From the IMG/VR virus record IMGVR_UViG_3300035682_000005: a DNA stretch of 64,000 bases, one strand, 5' to 3'. Positions 38,466-48,073 of the stretch are shown here, piece after piece. The position numbers and the translations under genes are program-made. Each line of letters begins with the position of its first letter. The stretch's first letter is position 1. The DNA is from a virus. The notes beneath the pieces are model-generated. The model was not told where the DNA came from and searched no databases. It saw only the letters and a program-made list of their open reading frames with translations.

Positions 38466-39167
38466 GTGCAGATTTTGTGTATATCTGATTTACATCAATG
38501 CCACGATTCTATCAAGTTGGTACCTTGCGATGTGCTTATTGTGGCAGGAGACATCTGCACTTCAGGTGATATTGTTCAAGTTGAAAAATTTGCCAATTGG
38601 CTCCAAAGAGAATCACACAACTTCGATAAAGCCATAATCATTGCTGGTAATCATGATTGGGTGTTCATGCGTATGCGTATTCTTGCATTAGAAGCTCTAC
38701 GCCGCGCTATAGGCGATAAACTCGTCTATCTTGAAGACTCATCGTGTGTGATTAATAATATTAAATTCTACGGGTCTCCTTGGCAACCAGAATTCAATGC
38801 TTGGGCATTCAACGCTCCACGTGGTGAAAAGCTACGTCAAATATGGAATGCAATTGATGATGATACTGATGTTTTGATTACACATGGTCCACCATTTGGT
38901 ATTGGCGACAGAGTGTATGGAAATAGCGTAGGCTGCTTCGAGCTTGCTCAACGAATTCGCCAGCTCAAGAATCTTTCACTTCATGTATTTGGACACGTTC
39001 ACGCAAGCAACGGCTCGTACATCAGTGAAGAGCACTCAGGTATTCAATTCTGTAACGCATCTCTTTTAAACGAACAGTATCAACCAGTGTATCCATCGTA
39101 CATGTACACGTTTCTTAACACTGGAATTTACAGAGTTAGTACCGCCACTCCAATTAAGCTGTTTTAG
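38466..39167 (+). CDS. Calcineurin-like metallophosphoesterase
   Basis: SDLH, AGD, AGNHD, THGPP, FGHVH. Confidence 0.9.
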   Translation: MQILCISDLHQCHDSIKLVPCDVLIVAGDICTSGDIVQVEKFANWLQRESHNFDKAIIIAGNHDWVFMRMRILALEALRRAIGDKLVYLEDSSCVINNIKFYGSPWQPEFNAWAFNAPRGEKLRQIWNAIDDDTDVLITHGPPFGIGDRVYGNSVGCFELAQRIRQLKNLSLHVFGHVHASNGSYISEEHSGIQFCNASLLNEQYQPVYPSYMYTFLNTGIYRVSTATPIKLF

Positions 39168-39205
39168 ATCATATTTTCGTTAAAACATACACCGTTGAGA
39201 CCTTC

Positions 39206-39433
39206 ATTTGGTCCAAGTTTGGTCCAAGTTTGGTCCAAAATTAGACAACCTTGGACACTTAGACATGCTCTTGGTCATGTTAGTGTGAAAACGAGTATTG
39301 TGAGAACGTTGATTTGGTCCAAGTTTGGTCCAAGTTTGGTCCAAAATTAGAACCATTATGGAGTGTGATTGTGTTCTTGATCATATCAACGTGAAAACAA
39401 CTATTGTGCTGACTGTGATTTGGTCCAAAATGA
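39206..39433. repeat. Nested non-coding repeat: TTTGGTCCAAG 11-mers within a 106-bp degenerate tandem unit
   Basis: atttggtccaagtttggtccaagtttggtccaaaattaga at 39206 and 39312; partial copy at 39418. Confidence 0.92.
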
Positions 39434-39484
39434 CCGAAGTTATACGACACCAAACCTGAATTTTTTTTGAGCATACATAATAGT

Positions 39485-39931
39485 ATGAGTAGAAAAACCA
39501 GCGAAGGCGGAAAAAATTTGATCAAAGAGTTTGAGGGGTTTCGAGCCACAGCATACATTTGCCCTGCTGGTGTCGTCACTGTTGGGTATGGAACAACTCG
39601 TATACAAAGTAAATCAGTTCAGCTTGGAACAACTATTACTACAGACGAAGCAGACATGTTATTGGAAGAAGATCTAAAAACGTTTGAAGATGCAATCAAC
39701 CAGAATGTGCGTGGAGAAATATCTCAAAATCAGTTTGACGCTCTTGTTGCGTTCGTCTATAATGTAGGAGCAGGAAACTTTAAGAAGTCCACTTTGCTCA
39801 AGAAAATAAACGCTGGTGATTTTAATCAAGCAGCTGACGAGTTTCTTAAATGGAACAAAGCTGGTGGTAAAGTTTTGAAAGGTCTTACGAGAAGACGCAC
39901 TGCGGAACGTGAATTATTTTTAAGAGACTAA
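39485..39931 (+). CDS. Endolysin, GH24 lysozyme
   Basis: IKEFEG..AYICPAGVVTVGYGTT, QFDALVAFVYNVG, GLTRRRTAE. Confidence 0.92.
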   Translation: MSRKTSEGGKNLIKEFEGFRATAYICPAGVVTVGYGTTRIQSKSVQLGTTITTDEADMLLEEDLKTFEDAINQNVRGEISQNQFDALVAFVYNVGAGNFKKSTLLKKINAGDFNQAADEFLKWNKAGGKVLKGLTRRRTAERELFLRD

Positions 39932-39932
39932 T

Positions 39933-40238
39933 ATGAGCGTATTGATTACACGATTGATTACTGGTGAAGAAATTTTAGGCAGCATTACAGAATCATCTGA
40001 TGACACGTGCACAATTGATAACCCAGTACATATTGCTGCATCGCAGAACCCTAGCACAGGTAAGATAGACATTCACATGGCACCTTTTGTGCCCTTGTGT
40101 GTAGACAAATTGCTCACAATTAACCTCAAGAACGTTTTGTGCCAATATGAGCCAGTACTTGAGATCAAGAATAAGTACAGTACAATGTTTGGCAGTGGGA
40201 TTATCATTCCATCTAATACTGGAATTGCGGGCGTCTAA
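39933..40238 (+). CDS. Conserved T4-like hypothetical protein (Sm-like)
   Basis: RLITGEEILG...Y..MFGSGIIIP. Confidence 0.6.
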   Translation: MSVLITRLITGEEILGSITESSDDTCTIDNPVHIAASQNPSTGKIDIHMAPFVPLCVDKLLTINLKNVLCQYEPVLEIKNKYSTMFGSGIIIPSNTGIAGV

Positions 40239-40281
40239 TATTAAATTGACACTTGCGCAGTAATATGTCAATCTATAGTAC

Positions 40282-41748
40282 ATGACAACAGAACGTTTCT
40301 ACACGAATTGCACATGCATCGGCAACAACATTTTATATCGCGGCATTGAAGGTGGCAAACGAGTTTCAAAAAAGTTTACGTTCAAGCCAAAATTGTTTGT
40401 TCCAACGAACAAGCAAACAAAGTGGAAGACTCTCGATGGCAAGTTTGTTGATAAGATTGAGTTTCAAGATATCAATGATGCAAAAGAGTTCGTCCGCAAG
40501 TATGAAGGTGTAGACAACTTCGTGTACTACGGAAACACAAAGTATCAGTACGTTCATTTAGCTGATGCGTTTCCTCAAATGGTTGATTATGATTTCTCTC
40601 GCATTGTTATTGCCAATATAGATATTGAGGTAGCTTCCGAAGGCGGGTTTGCTCCACCTGAGAATCCGTTTGAAGAAGTGATAGCAATAACTGTTGAAAG
40701 CAATAACACATATGTTGTCTTTGGCTGCGGCGAGTTCACATCTTCAAAAGATAATGTCAAATACATTCGTTGTGAGAATGAAGCTGATCTTCTTCGACGT
40801 TTTATGGCGCATTGGGAACATCTTGCTCCAGACATTGTAACTGGCTGGAACGTTCAGTTCTACGATATACCGTACATGGTGAATAGAATCTCTCGTGTCT
40901 TTGGTGACAAAGAAGCAAAGAGAATGTCACCTTGGAAATATCTCTCAACTCGATCGGCAGCATACAAAGGTCGTATGCATCAAGTTGTTGAGCTTGTTGG
41001 CATCTCTACACTTGATTACATTGAAATGTACAGAAAGTATCAGCCTCGCCAAGAGAGTGAGAAGTTGAACTACATTGCATACGCAGAACTAGGTGAGAAG
41101 AAGATCTCATATGAAGAGTATGGTGACTTGCACACACTTTACAAGAGCAATTACCAAAAGTTTATCGAGTATAACATCAAAGACGTTGAACTTGTGCGCA
41201 AACTTGAAGAAAAGCTGAAACTCATTGAGATGGTTGTTGCACTTGCCTACGACGCCAGAGTGAATTATGTTGATACGTTTGCACAAGTGCGCATGTGGGA
41301 TACAATCATTTACAACCATCTCAAACATCAAAACATTGTGCTGCCACGATTAGTTCAAAATAACAAAAGTTCTGATTATGCTGGCGCGTATGTAAAAGAA
41401 GTTATTCCAGGTATGTATGAGTGGGTCGTCTCATTTGACTTAAACTCTCTGTATCCCAACTTGATTGCACAATTTAATATCTCACCTGAGTGTTTACTCA
41501 CAGACCAGTATCGCCATGTGACTGTTCAATCTCTTCTAGCAAAGCAAGTTGATACCAGCGATGTGAAGCAAAGTAATATTGGTCTTGCAGCCAACGGTCA
41601 TTGTTTTAGTAACGACAAGATTGGATTCTTGCCAGACATTCTCATGCGCATGTATGAAGACCGTAAGGTGTACAAAAACAAAATGTTGGTTGCTCAAAAA
41701 GAATTGGAGCGAGTAAAAGAAGAACTCCATCGTCGTGGATTGCAATAA
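40282..41748 (+). CDS. gp43: DNA polymerase B, N-terminal subunit (gp43A: exonuclease, palm motif A, first finger helix)
   Basis: DIEV, TGWNVQFYDIPY, YNIKDV, SFDLNSLYP; ends at a stop codon in the fingers region. Confidence 0.93.
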   Translation: MTTERFYTNCTCIGNNILYRGIEGGKRVSKKFTFKPKLFVPTNKQTKWKTLDGKFVDKIEFQDINDAKEFVRKYEGVDNFVYYGNTKYQYVHLADAFPQMVDYDFSRIVIANIDIEVASEGGFAPPENPFEEVIAITVESNNTYVVFGCGEFTSSKDNVKYIRCENEADLLRRFMAHWEHLAPDIVTGWNVQFYDIPYMVNRISRVFGDKEAKRMSPWKYLSTRSAAYKGRMHQVVELVGISTLDYIEMYRKYQPRQESEKLNYIAYAELGEKKISYEEYGDLHTLYKSNYQKFIEYNIKDVELVRKLEEKLKLIEMVVALAYDARVNYVDTFAQVRMWDTIIYNHLKHQNIVLPRLVQNNKSSDYAGAYVKEVIPGMYEWVVSFDLNSLYPNLIAQFNISPECLLTDQYRHVTVQSLLAKQVDTSDVKQSNIGLAANGHCFSNDKIGFLPDILMRMYEDRKVYKNKMLVAQKELERVKEELHRRGLQ

Positions 41749-41814
41749 AATAATCCAACTCCGATTATTTAATTGATCCAATTTTTTTTGTTTGTTATAC
41801 TGTTTCTATAGGGT

Positions 41815-43365
41815 ATGTTACCCTTAACGTTTAAGTTAAACGGACAGTATATCATGAAATCCACTTCAATGATTCTGAATTCTCTTTTGGAGAATTCTGA
41901 TTTTCCAAACGCATCTCGTAAAACAATTACTCTTAGCGAATATTACGCACTTCGAGATTACATCGACACATCACCTGTTGAGTATCAGCGACCTTACGAT
42001 CCTAGTCGCGAAAATTCTGATGAAAAGGGACTTGTTAAATATGTGCTCGATCTTTTCTTTTACAGAGATGTAAAAGCAAACATGCTTCCTGCACTTGTAA
42101 TGCGACAGCTACACACAAATCAAATTGAGCAGCGCGTCGCCTCTGGCAGAAAGAATTGTAAAATACTTGAGATGACCGATGGTCAACATCGCACTGTCAT
42201 TATGTTTAAGTTATTGTCTGGTGAAATTAAAATACCATCTGACTACACAGTGATGTTTAATGGAAGAAGTGTTCTCATCGGCGATAAGACGATACCGGAT
42301 CTTATGCAATTGGGACAAAATTACAGAGAACTCATTGAGTCTCGTGTATTCTCCATGGATGTTTACCTGGATTATTACTACAACATTGCAGATGAACGAG
42401 CAGCAGAAATCTTTGCAGAGAGAAATTCTGGTGCGCCACAGTCTCGACAAAGTGTTCGTAATTGTCAAACACATAAACTGTGTGTAACAATTCGTTCTCT
42501 TGCCAGAGACATACCAGACTTTGATACGAAGTGTCATCCACTTATGGCTGTTGTACAAAACGCAAACGGAGAACTCATCGGAAAGTTCTATCCGGGTAAG
42601 ATGACAAGCGATCTTAATTTTGATGAGGATGTTGCTCGAACGTTAGCAACAATCATTGGTTACGATAAACTAGCCTCAGAAGATTCAATGAACATCGATC
42701 AAAATACACTCGATAGAATGTATACGTTGTATGGCAATCAATTGAATCAAAAATACTATGAGATGCTTATTGATGTTCTTGACTTTCAATATGAATTCTT
42801 AAAGAACATTCATGAGAACTTGCGCCGAGATCGAATTGATAAGAGCTTCTGGAATGCAATTCGATATATCTCAGTCATTCTGGTTCATAGAGCACACACT
42901 AGCAACAAATCATTATCGTTTGGTGTTGATAAGAGAGCAGCAACATTCTTGATGTGGAGAACACTCAACAAGTTTATTACACAAATGTGTTCTGTTCCTA
43001 AGAAAGATAGAGATGTTATTAAGCAGACTTTGTTTGAGCGAAGTCTTAACAAAATGAACTGGTATTCAAAAACAAGCGGTACTGGTCTTGCTGTAGTGTT
43101 TGCAGCACTCGACCGTTTCTTAAAGAAGAACAATACCAAGTCTCTTGGTGTTATATTGAAAGACAATCGAGAAACGTTTAACCCAAAGTTACGCGCAATT
43201 CTTTACACAGAACAGAATGGTAAAGATGCAATAACTGGACGTATGATAGATTACGAAGATGCTGTAACAGACCATAAGTTGTGTCGAGCCCGTGGCGGTG
43301 AAACAAAAGAACATAATGCTCAAGTTGTGGCTTCATGCACTAACAGCATGAAAAGTGTGAATTAA
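41815..43365 (+). CDS. DUF262 + HNH protein (GmrSD/type IV restriction-like)
   Basis: EYQR, DGQHR and IFAERNSG are DUF262-type motifs; C-terminal DH...GG.T...N.......N is HNH-like; promoter TTGATC-17-TATACT at 41773-41801. Confidence 0.7.
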   Translation: MLPLTFKLNGQYIMKSTSMILNSLLENSDFPNASRKTITLSEYYALRDYIDTSPVEYQRPYDPSRENSDEKGLVKYVLDLFFYRDVKANMLPALVMRQLHTNQIEQRVASGRKNCKILEMTDGQHRTVIMFKLLSGEIKIPSDYTVMFNGRSVLIGDKTIPDLMQLGQNYRELIESRVFSMDVYLDYYYNIADERAAEIFAERNSGAPQSRQSVRNCQTHKLCVTIRSLARDIPDFDTKCHPLMAVVQNANGELIGKFYPGKMTSDLNFDEDVARTLATIIGYDKLASEDSMNIDQNTLDRMYTLYGNQLNQKYYEMLIDVLDFQYEFLKNIHENLRRDRIDKSFWNAIRYISVILVHRAHTSNKSLSFGVDKRAATFLMWRTLNKFITQMCSVPKKDRDVIKQTLFERSLNKMNWYSKTSGTGLAVVFAALDRFLKKNNTKSLGVILKDNRETFNPKLRAILYTEQNGKDAITGRMIDYEDAVTDHKLCRARGGETKEHNAQVVASCTNSMKSVN

Positions 43366-43944
43366 ATGAATAAGCAAGTCAAACAGACAATCAAAGAGAT
43401 CAATCAAATTCTTACATCTCAATGTCCATCATACACGCTTGATGTTGAGTCGTTAAGAAATTTAGACACAATTCGTTCTGATACCAAATTGCGGTTTATT
43501 GAAACGACACATACGTTTGGAGAACCAAACGTTGTCACTCGAATGTACAAGCATTTTAAGTATCGTGGTCTGCCAAGCATTTCTACATCAAATCAGTTGA
43601 CGCTCTATCTTATTATTATGCGAAACAAAAAAACTGGTAAGTTACACTACAAGTTTGGCACAACAAAGTCTGTATATATTGCCGAGCGTTATCAAAAAAG
43701 ATCTGCAACATGGGAATTTTTTTGCGAAGCAGTCACATCAAGAGTTGGGGATAGAGATCAAATTCTTGCTCTTGAAAAGCGCATTAAAAAGTTTGCCACA
43801 AATAGTAAATTGATCCAACCTAATGTTGAAGATTTTATTTTTGGTGGCCAGACAGAAGTGCTAATATCAACACACAAGATTCCATCCGATAAATTGTTGG
43901 AGCTGTATCGCATTTTTAATGACACCGGCTTCGATGGATTGTAA
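43366..43944 (+). CDS. GIY-YIG-superfamily-like putative endonuclease
   Basis: LYLI...YKFGTT..ERY...LEKRI...GGQTE. Confidence 0.5.
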   Translation: MNKQVKQTIKEINQILTSQCPSYTLDVESLRNLDTIRSDTKLRFIETTHTFGEPNVVTRMYKHFKYRGLPSISTSNQLTLYLIIMRNKKTGKLHYKFGTTKSVYIAERYQKRSATWEFFCEAVTSRVGDRDQILALEKRIKKFATNSKLIQPNVEDFIFGGQTEVLISTHKIPSDKLLELYRIFNDTGFDGL

Positions 43945-44000
43945 TCAAATAACTGAAAATAAGAATGACATTACACCCACATTAGTGTAATATTATCGTC

Positions 44001-45107
44001 ATGCAAGATCTCTCAAAACTTTCTGATGCTGAGTTAAAAGCATACGCACAAAAACTTTCGTTTGACGTATCAAAGTATCACAACTTCCAGTTGACAAAAA
44101 AGATTCAATTGAACTCTGCGTATGGTGCGATGGGTAATCAATACTTTCGTTTTTACGACATTCGTTTAGCTGAAGCTGTTACACTTTCTGGTCAGTTAAT
44201 CATTCAGTGGCTTGCTCGTGACATTAACAAGTACATGAACACAATTCTTAAAACAGAGAGTGTTGATTATGTAATTGCAATTGACACAGACTCAATTTAC
44301 TTGAATATGAAACATCTTGTCCACACAGTGTACAAAGACAAGCTACCAGATGACAAATCAAAGATTGTTGATTTCATCGATAAAGTTGCCGAAGAAAAGA
44401 TTCAAAAAGTTATTGATAAGAGTTGTTCTGAGTTGCGCTCATATATTAACGCTCGCTCACAAAAGATGCAGATGAAGCGAGAGTCGATTGCAGACAAAGC
44501 GATCTGGACAGCAAAGAAGCGTTACATACTTAACGTCTTTGATGTTGAGGGTGTTCGTTATGAGACTCCAAAGTTAAAGATTCAAGGCATTGAAGCAGTC
44601 AAGTCATCGACACCAGAAGTGTGTCGCCAAAAGATTAAAGACGCAATCAAGATTATTCTTACAAAAACGCAATCTGAGTTGCACAACTACATTGATGCGT
44701 TTAAGTCTGAGTTTAAGAGTCTGCCGCCAGAAAGTGTTGCGTTTCCTCGTGGTTGTAATGGTATCAGTACATACTCAGACCCAAAAGCTATCTATAAGAA
44801 AGGTACTCCAATTCATGTCCGAGGAGCACTAATGTATAACAGATTGATTAAAGACAAAAAATTGGACAAAAAATATCCTTGCATCCACGAAGGTGATAAG
44901 ATAAAATTCATTTACTTGCGTGAGCCTAATCCAACTCAAGAAAATGTTATTACAATGAGTGAAGAAGGTCTGCCTCAAGAACTAAATCTTCACAAGTATG
45001 TTGATTACGAATTGCAGTTTGAAAAAACGTTTGTTGATCCACTCAAGATTATTCTTGATTCAATAAACTGGTCAACTAAGAAGACAATGAGTTTTGATGA
45101 TTTATAG
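44001..45107 (+). CDS. gp43: DNA polymerase B, C-terminal subunit (gp43B: motifs B and C, thumb)
   Basis: KIQLNSAYG, DTDS, KKRY, KSSTP; ends in a clamp-binding-like SFDDL tail. Confidence 0.93.
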   Translation: MQDLSKLSDAELKAYAQKLSFDVSKYHNFQLTKKIQLNSAYGAMGNQYFRFYDIRLAEAVTLSGQLIIQWLARDINKYMNTILKTESVDYVIAIDTDSIYLNMKHLVHTVYKDKLPDDKSKIVDFIDKVAEEKIQKVIDKSCSELRSYINARSQKMQMKRESIADKAIWTAKKRYILNVFDVEGVRYETPKLKIQGIEAVKSSTPEVCRQKIKDAIKIILTKTQSELHNYIDAFKSEFKSLPPESVAFPRGCNGISTYSDPKAIYKKGTPIHVRGALMYNRLIKDKKLDKKYPCIHEGDKIKFIYLREPNPTQENVITMSEEGLPQELNLHKYVDYELQFEKTFVDPLKIILDSINWSTKKTMSFDDL

Positions 45108-45116
45108 GAGATAAGT

Positions 45117-46187
45117 ATGGCAAAAAACAATCCGTTTAGTGATATATTAAAGGTACTAGAAAATGAGTATGCGACAGTGGCTGAAGAAGGCACTTCTGCT
45201 GACGTTGTGGGTTTTATTGATACGGGTTCGTATGCGTTAAACGCACTTTATTCTGGTAGTATCTTTAAGGGTATGCCATCAAATAAAATTTCAGCTCTTG
45301 CTGGTGAAGAAGCCACAGGCAAAACATTCTTTGCTCTTGGTATTGTAAAAAACTTTCTTGATACAAACGAGAAAGCACTAAGCATTGTTTTTGAGTCTGA
45401 AGGCTCAGTCACTAAAGAAATTCTCACATCACGCGGTGTTGATACAAAGCGTGTTCTTATTGTACCTGTTGAGACTATTCAGCAATTTAAAACTCAAGCT
45501 CTTCGAGTTGTTGAAAATCATCTTAACACACCTGAAAAAGATCGTCGTCCATTGCTGTTGTGTCTTGATTCTCTTGGTATGTTATCAACAACCAAAGAAA
45601 TGGCAGACTCTGGTACTGGTAAAGAAGTTAAAGACATGACTCGTACCGCAGAGATTAAAGCGGCGTTTCGAGTGCTGACATTGAAGTTGAGCAAAGCAAA
45701 GATACCTCTTCTGGTAACAAACCATGTGTATCAGTCCATGGGTATGTTCCCAACAAAGGAAATGGGTGGTGGAGGAGGACTTAAGTATGCTGCAAACAAC
45801 ATCATTGCACTTTCTAAATCAAAGAATAAAGATGCTGATGGTACTGTGACGGGCATTTTCATACGATGTAAGAATCTCAAGTCTCGTTTGACAAAAGAAA
45901 ATACAGAAGCAAGCGTTATGCTTTCGTATGATAAAGGTCTTGATAGATATTATGGACTTATTGATCTTGCTATTGAACATGGCATTTTTAAGAAAGTTTC
46001 AACTAAAGTAGAAGTTGCAGACGGCACTGCACATTTTGAAAAGCACATTATCAATAATCCTACTAAGTATTTTACTGAAGATGTGTTAAAGCGCATTGAT
46101 GAAGCGGCACAAAAAGAATATAGCTATGGCGCCGTCACTACTGATACTGGTGATATTGTAGAGGAGATGTTAAATGACGCTCACTGA
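45117..46187 (+). CDS. uvsX: RecA-like recombinase UvsX
   Basis: DTGSYALN, GEEATGKT, DSLGML, DMTR, GGGGLKYAA. Confidence 0.95.
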   Translation: MAKNNPFSDILKVLENEYATVAEEGTSADVVGFIDTGSYALNALYSGSIFKGMPSNKISALAGEEATGKTFFALGIVKNFLDTNEKALSIVFESEGSVTKEILTSRGVDTKRVLIVPVETIQQFKTQALRVVENHLNTPEKDRRPLLLCLDSLGMLSTTKEMADSGTGKEVKDMTRTAEIKAAFRVLTLKLSKAKIPLLVTNHVYQSMGMFPTKEMGGGGGLKYAANNIIALSKSKNKDADGTVTGIFIRCKNLKSRLTKENTEASVMLSYDKGLDRYYGLIDLAIEHGIFKKVSTKVEVADGTAHFEKHIINNPTKYFTEDVLKRIDEAAQKEYSYGAVTTDTGDIVEEMLNDAH

Positions 46188-46536
46188 TACTCCAATAAAA
46201 GACAAATATAGAATTGTATTTGATTCACAAGACTCAAAAAAGTGGTGTGTAGAACTTCTTGCGCCATGCGATCCATTTCACGGCATCATTTTGTCGTATG
46301 GAGAGTTCAATATTAAGAAAGATGTAGATGATGATACAAACCCAAAATTTTCATTTCAAACAGAAATTATTTACGTGCCAGAAAGACTGAAAGATGTTAC
46401 ACTACCCGACGAAGCTGAAGATCAAATGCAGACCCTTCTAGGTCAAATCTTGATCGACATTATTGAAAGTAATGTGAGCAAAGCAAAAGCAGAGAATGGT
46501 AAGATGTTTCTTGAGTTGGTAAAAGATGATAAATGA
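46174..46536 (+). CDS. Hypothetical protein (syntenic with T4 gp40)
   Basis: Lies between uvsX and gp41 and overlaps both. Confidence 0.5.
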   Translation: MTLTDTPIKDKYRIVFDSQDSKKWCVELLAPCDPFHGIILSYGEFNIKKDVDDDTNPKFSFQTEIIYVPERLKDVTLPDEAEDQMQTLLGQILIDIIESNVSKAKAENGKMFLELVKDDK

Positions 46537-47938
46537 TCGAATTGAGTCTGTCATTCTTAGTAGTCTTCTCAATGATGAGACATACTGTAGACGAGTGCTT
46601 CCTTTTATTAAAGCTGAATACTTTTCTGATGAGTGTGAGAAACTTGTCTTTCTGAAAGTTTCAGACTTCATTTTAAAGTATGATGCCTTGCCTTCAAAAG
46701 AAGCACTTGTCATTGCAATATCAAATGACAAACAACTTGTTGACTCTGTAGAGAAGCAAGCAAAAGATGTTGTTGTATCACTTGAGCCAATACGAGTTGA
46801 GCAAAAGTGGCTAATTGATCAGACTGAAGAGTGGTGTAAAGATCGTGCAATCTACCATGCACTCATGAACAGCATCAAAATTGCTGATGATAAGAAAGGA
46901 AAACTTTCTCGCGGCACTATTCCTAAACTACTAACAGATGCACTTTCAGTGTCATTTGATCCAAACATCGGACATAGTTATCTTGATGACACTGATTCGC
47001 GATATGAGTTCTATCACAAAGTAGAAGAGAAGTTTGCGTTTGATCTTGATTGTATGAACAAGATTACAAAGAATGGTGTACCACGTAAAACACTCAATGT
47101 TATACTTGCTGGAACTGCCGTTGGTAAATCTCTCGCACTGTGTCACATGGCCGCGAGCTATTTTATGAATGGCAAAAATGTTTTGTACATTACGCTTGAA
47201 ATGGCAGAAGCAAGAATTGCAGAACGAATCGATGCAAACTTGCTTAACATCTCTCTATCAGATCTTCAAAGCATATCAAAAGATATGTACGATAGAAAGA
47301 TTGCGGCGATCAAAAATAAGACAGTTGGTCGAATGATTATTAAAGAGTATCCAACTGCAACTGCATCTGTTACTCACTTTAGAGCATTGTTGAGTGAGTT
47401 GTATTTAAAAAAGAATTTTGTGCCCGACGTTATCTTTGTTGACTACTTAAACATATCTGCAAGTGCTCGATTGAACCAATCGAATCATGTCAACAGCTAC
47501 ACATACGTCAAGAGCATTGCAGAAGAGTTTCGTGGACTTGCAGTAGAGTGTAATGTTCCAATCTGGACTGCAACTCAAACAAACAGACAAGGCTTCGTAT
47601 CGAGTGACATCGGACTTGAAAATACTTCAGAGTCATTTGGTCTTCCAGCAACTGCTGACTTTATGATTGCGCTATCATCGACAGAAGAACTTGAGCAGAT
47701 GGGTCAGATTCTCGTTAAACAGCTCAAGAATCGATACAATGACATCTCTACACTGAAACGCTTCGTGTTGGGTATCGATAGATCCAAAATGCGATTGTTT
47801 GATCTCGACCAATCTGCGCAAGATGAACTTGTAGACACCAACATGAAAGATAAGAAAGATACCTCGTCGTTTGATAAATCCAAATTTGGTTCATCTATGA
47901 TGGCTGAGAAAAAAGATACTGATGACTTTAAGTGGTAG
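46526..47938 (+). CDS. gp41: Replicative helicase gp41
   Basis: AGTAVGKS, TLEMAE, IKEYPT, VDYLNI, SESFGLPATAD, KQLKNRY. Confidence 0.96.
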   Translation: MINDRIESVILSSLLNDETYCRRVLPFIKAEYFSDECEKLVFLKVSDFILKYDALPSKEALVIAISNDKQLVDSVEKQAKDVVVSLEPIRVEQKWLIDQTEEWCKDRAIYHALMNSIKIADDKKGKLSRGTIPKLLTDALSVSFDPNIGHSYLDDTDSRYEFYHKVEEKFAFDLDCMNKITKNGVPRKTLNVILAGTAVGKSLALCHMAASYFMNGKNVLYITLEMAEARIAERIDANLLNISLSDLQSISKDMYDRKIAAIKNKTVGRMIIKEYPTATASVTHFRALLSELYLKKNFVPDVIFVDYLNISASARLNQSNHVNSYTYVKSIAEEFRGLAVECNVPIWTATQTNRQGFVSSDIGLENTSESFGLPATADFMIALSSTEELEQMGQILVKQLKNRYNDISTLKRFVLGIDRSKMRLFDLDQSAQDELVDTNMKDKKDTSSFDKSKFGSSMMAEKKDTDDFKW

Positions 47939-47944
47939 TTTTGT

Positions 47945-48037
47945 ATGTCACGAATTGAATCCAAAGAACGATTGTTTTTGGCTATTATTGCAATCTGTGC
48001 CGCAGTTATTTTGAGTATAATTGCGAACAATAAGTAG
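47945..48037 (+). CDS. Putative 30-aa membrane peptide
   Basis: MSRIESKERLFLAIIAICAAVILSIIANNK fills the gap before a late promoter. Confidence 0.35.
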   Translation: MSRIESKERLFLAIIAICAAVILSIIANNK

Positions 48038-48073
48038 ACATAAATAATTGGTTGTGTGAGACTGATACGACCA

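Noticed and set aside
39206-39433. CRISPR mini-array
   Set aside because: The 66-bp intervening sequences are homologous to each other, the repeat is itself an internal tandem, and no cas genes are present in the window.
41749-44000. Group I intron or split intein in the polymerase
   Set aside because: gp43A ends in a normal stop with no intein N-block. The HN in gp43B is followed by Phe rather than Cys/Ser/Thr. The gap is filled by ORFs, and gp43B has its own promoter.
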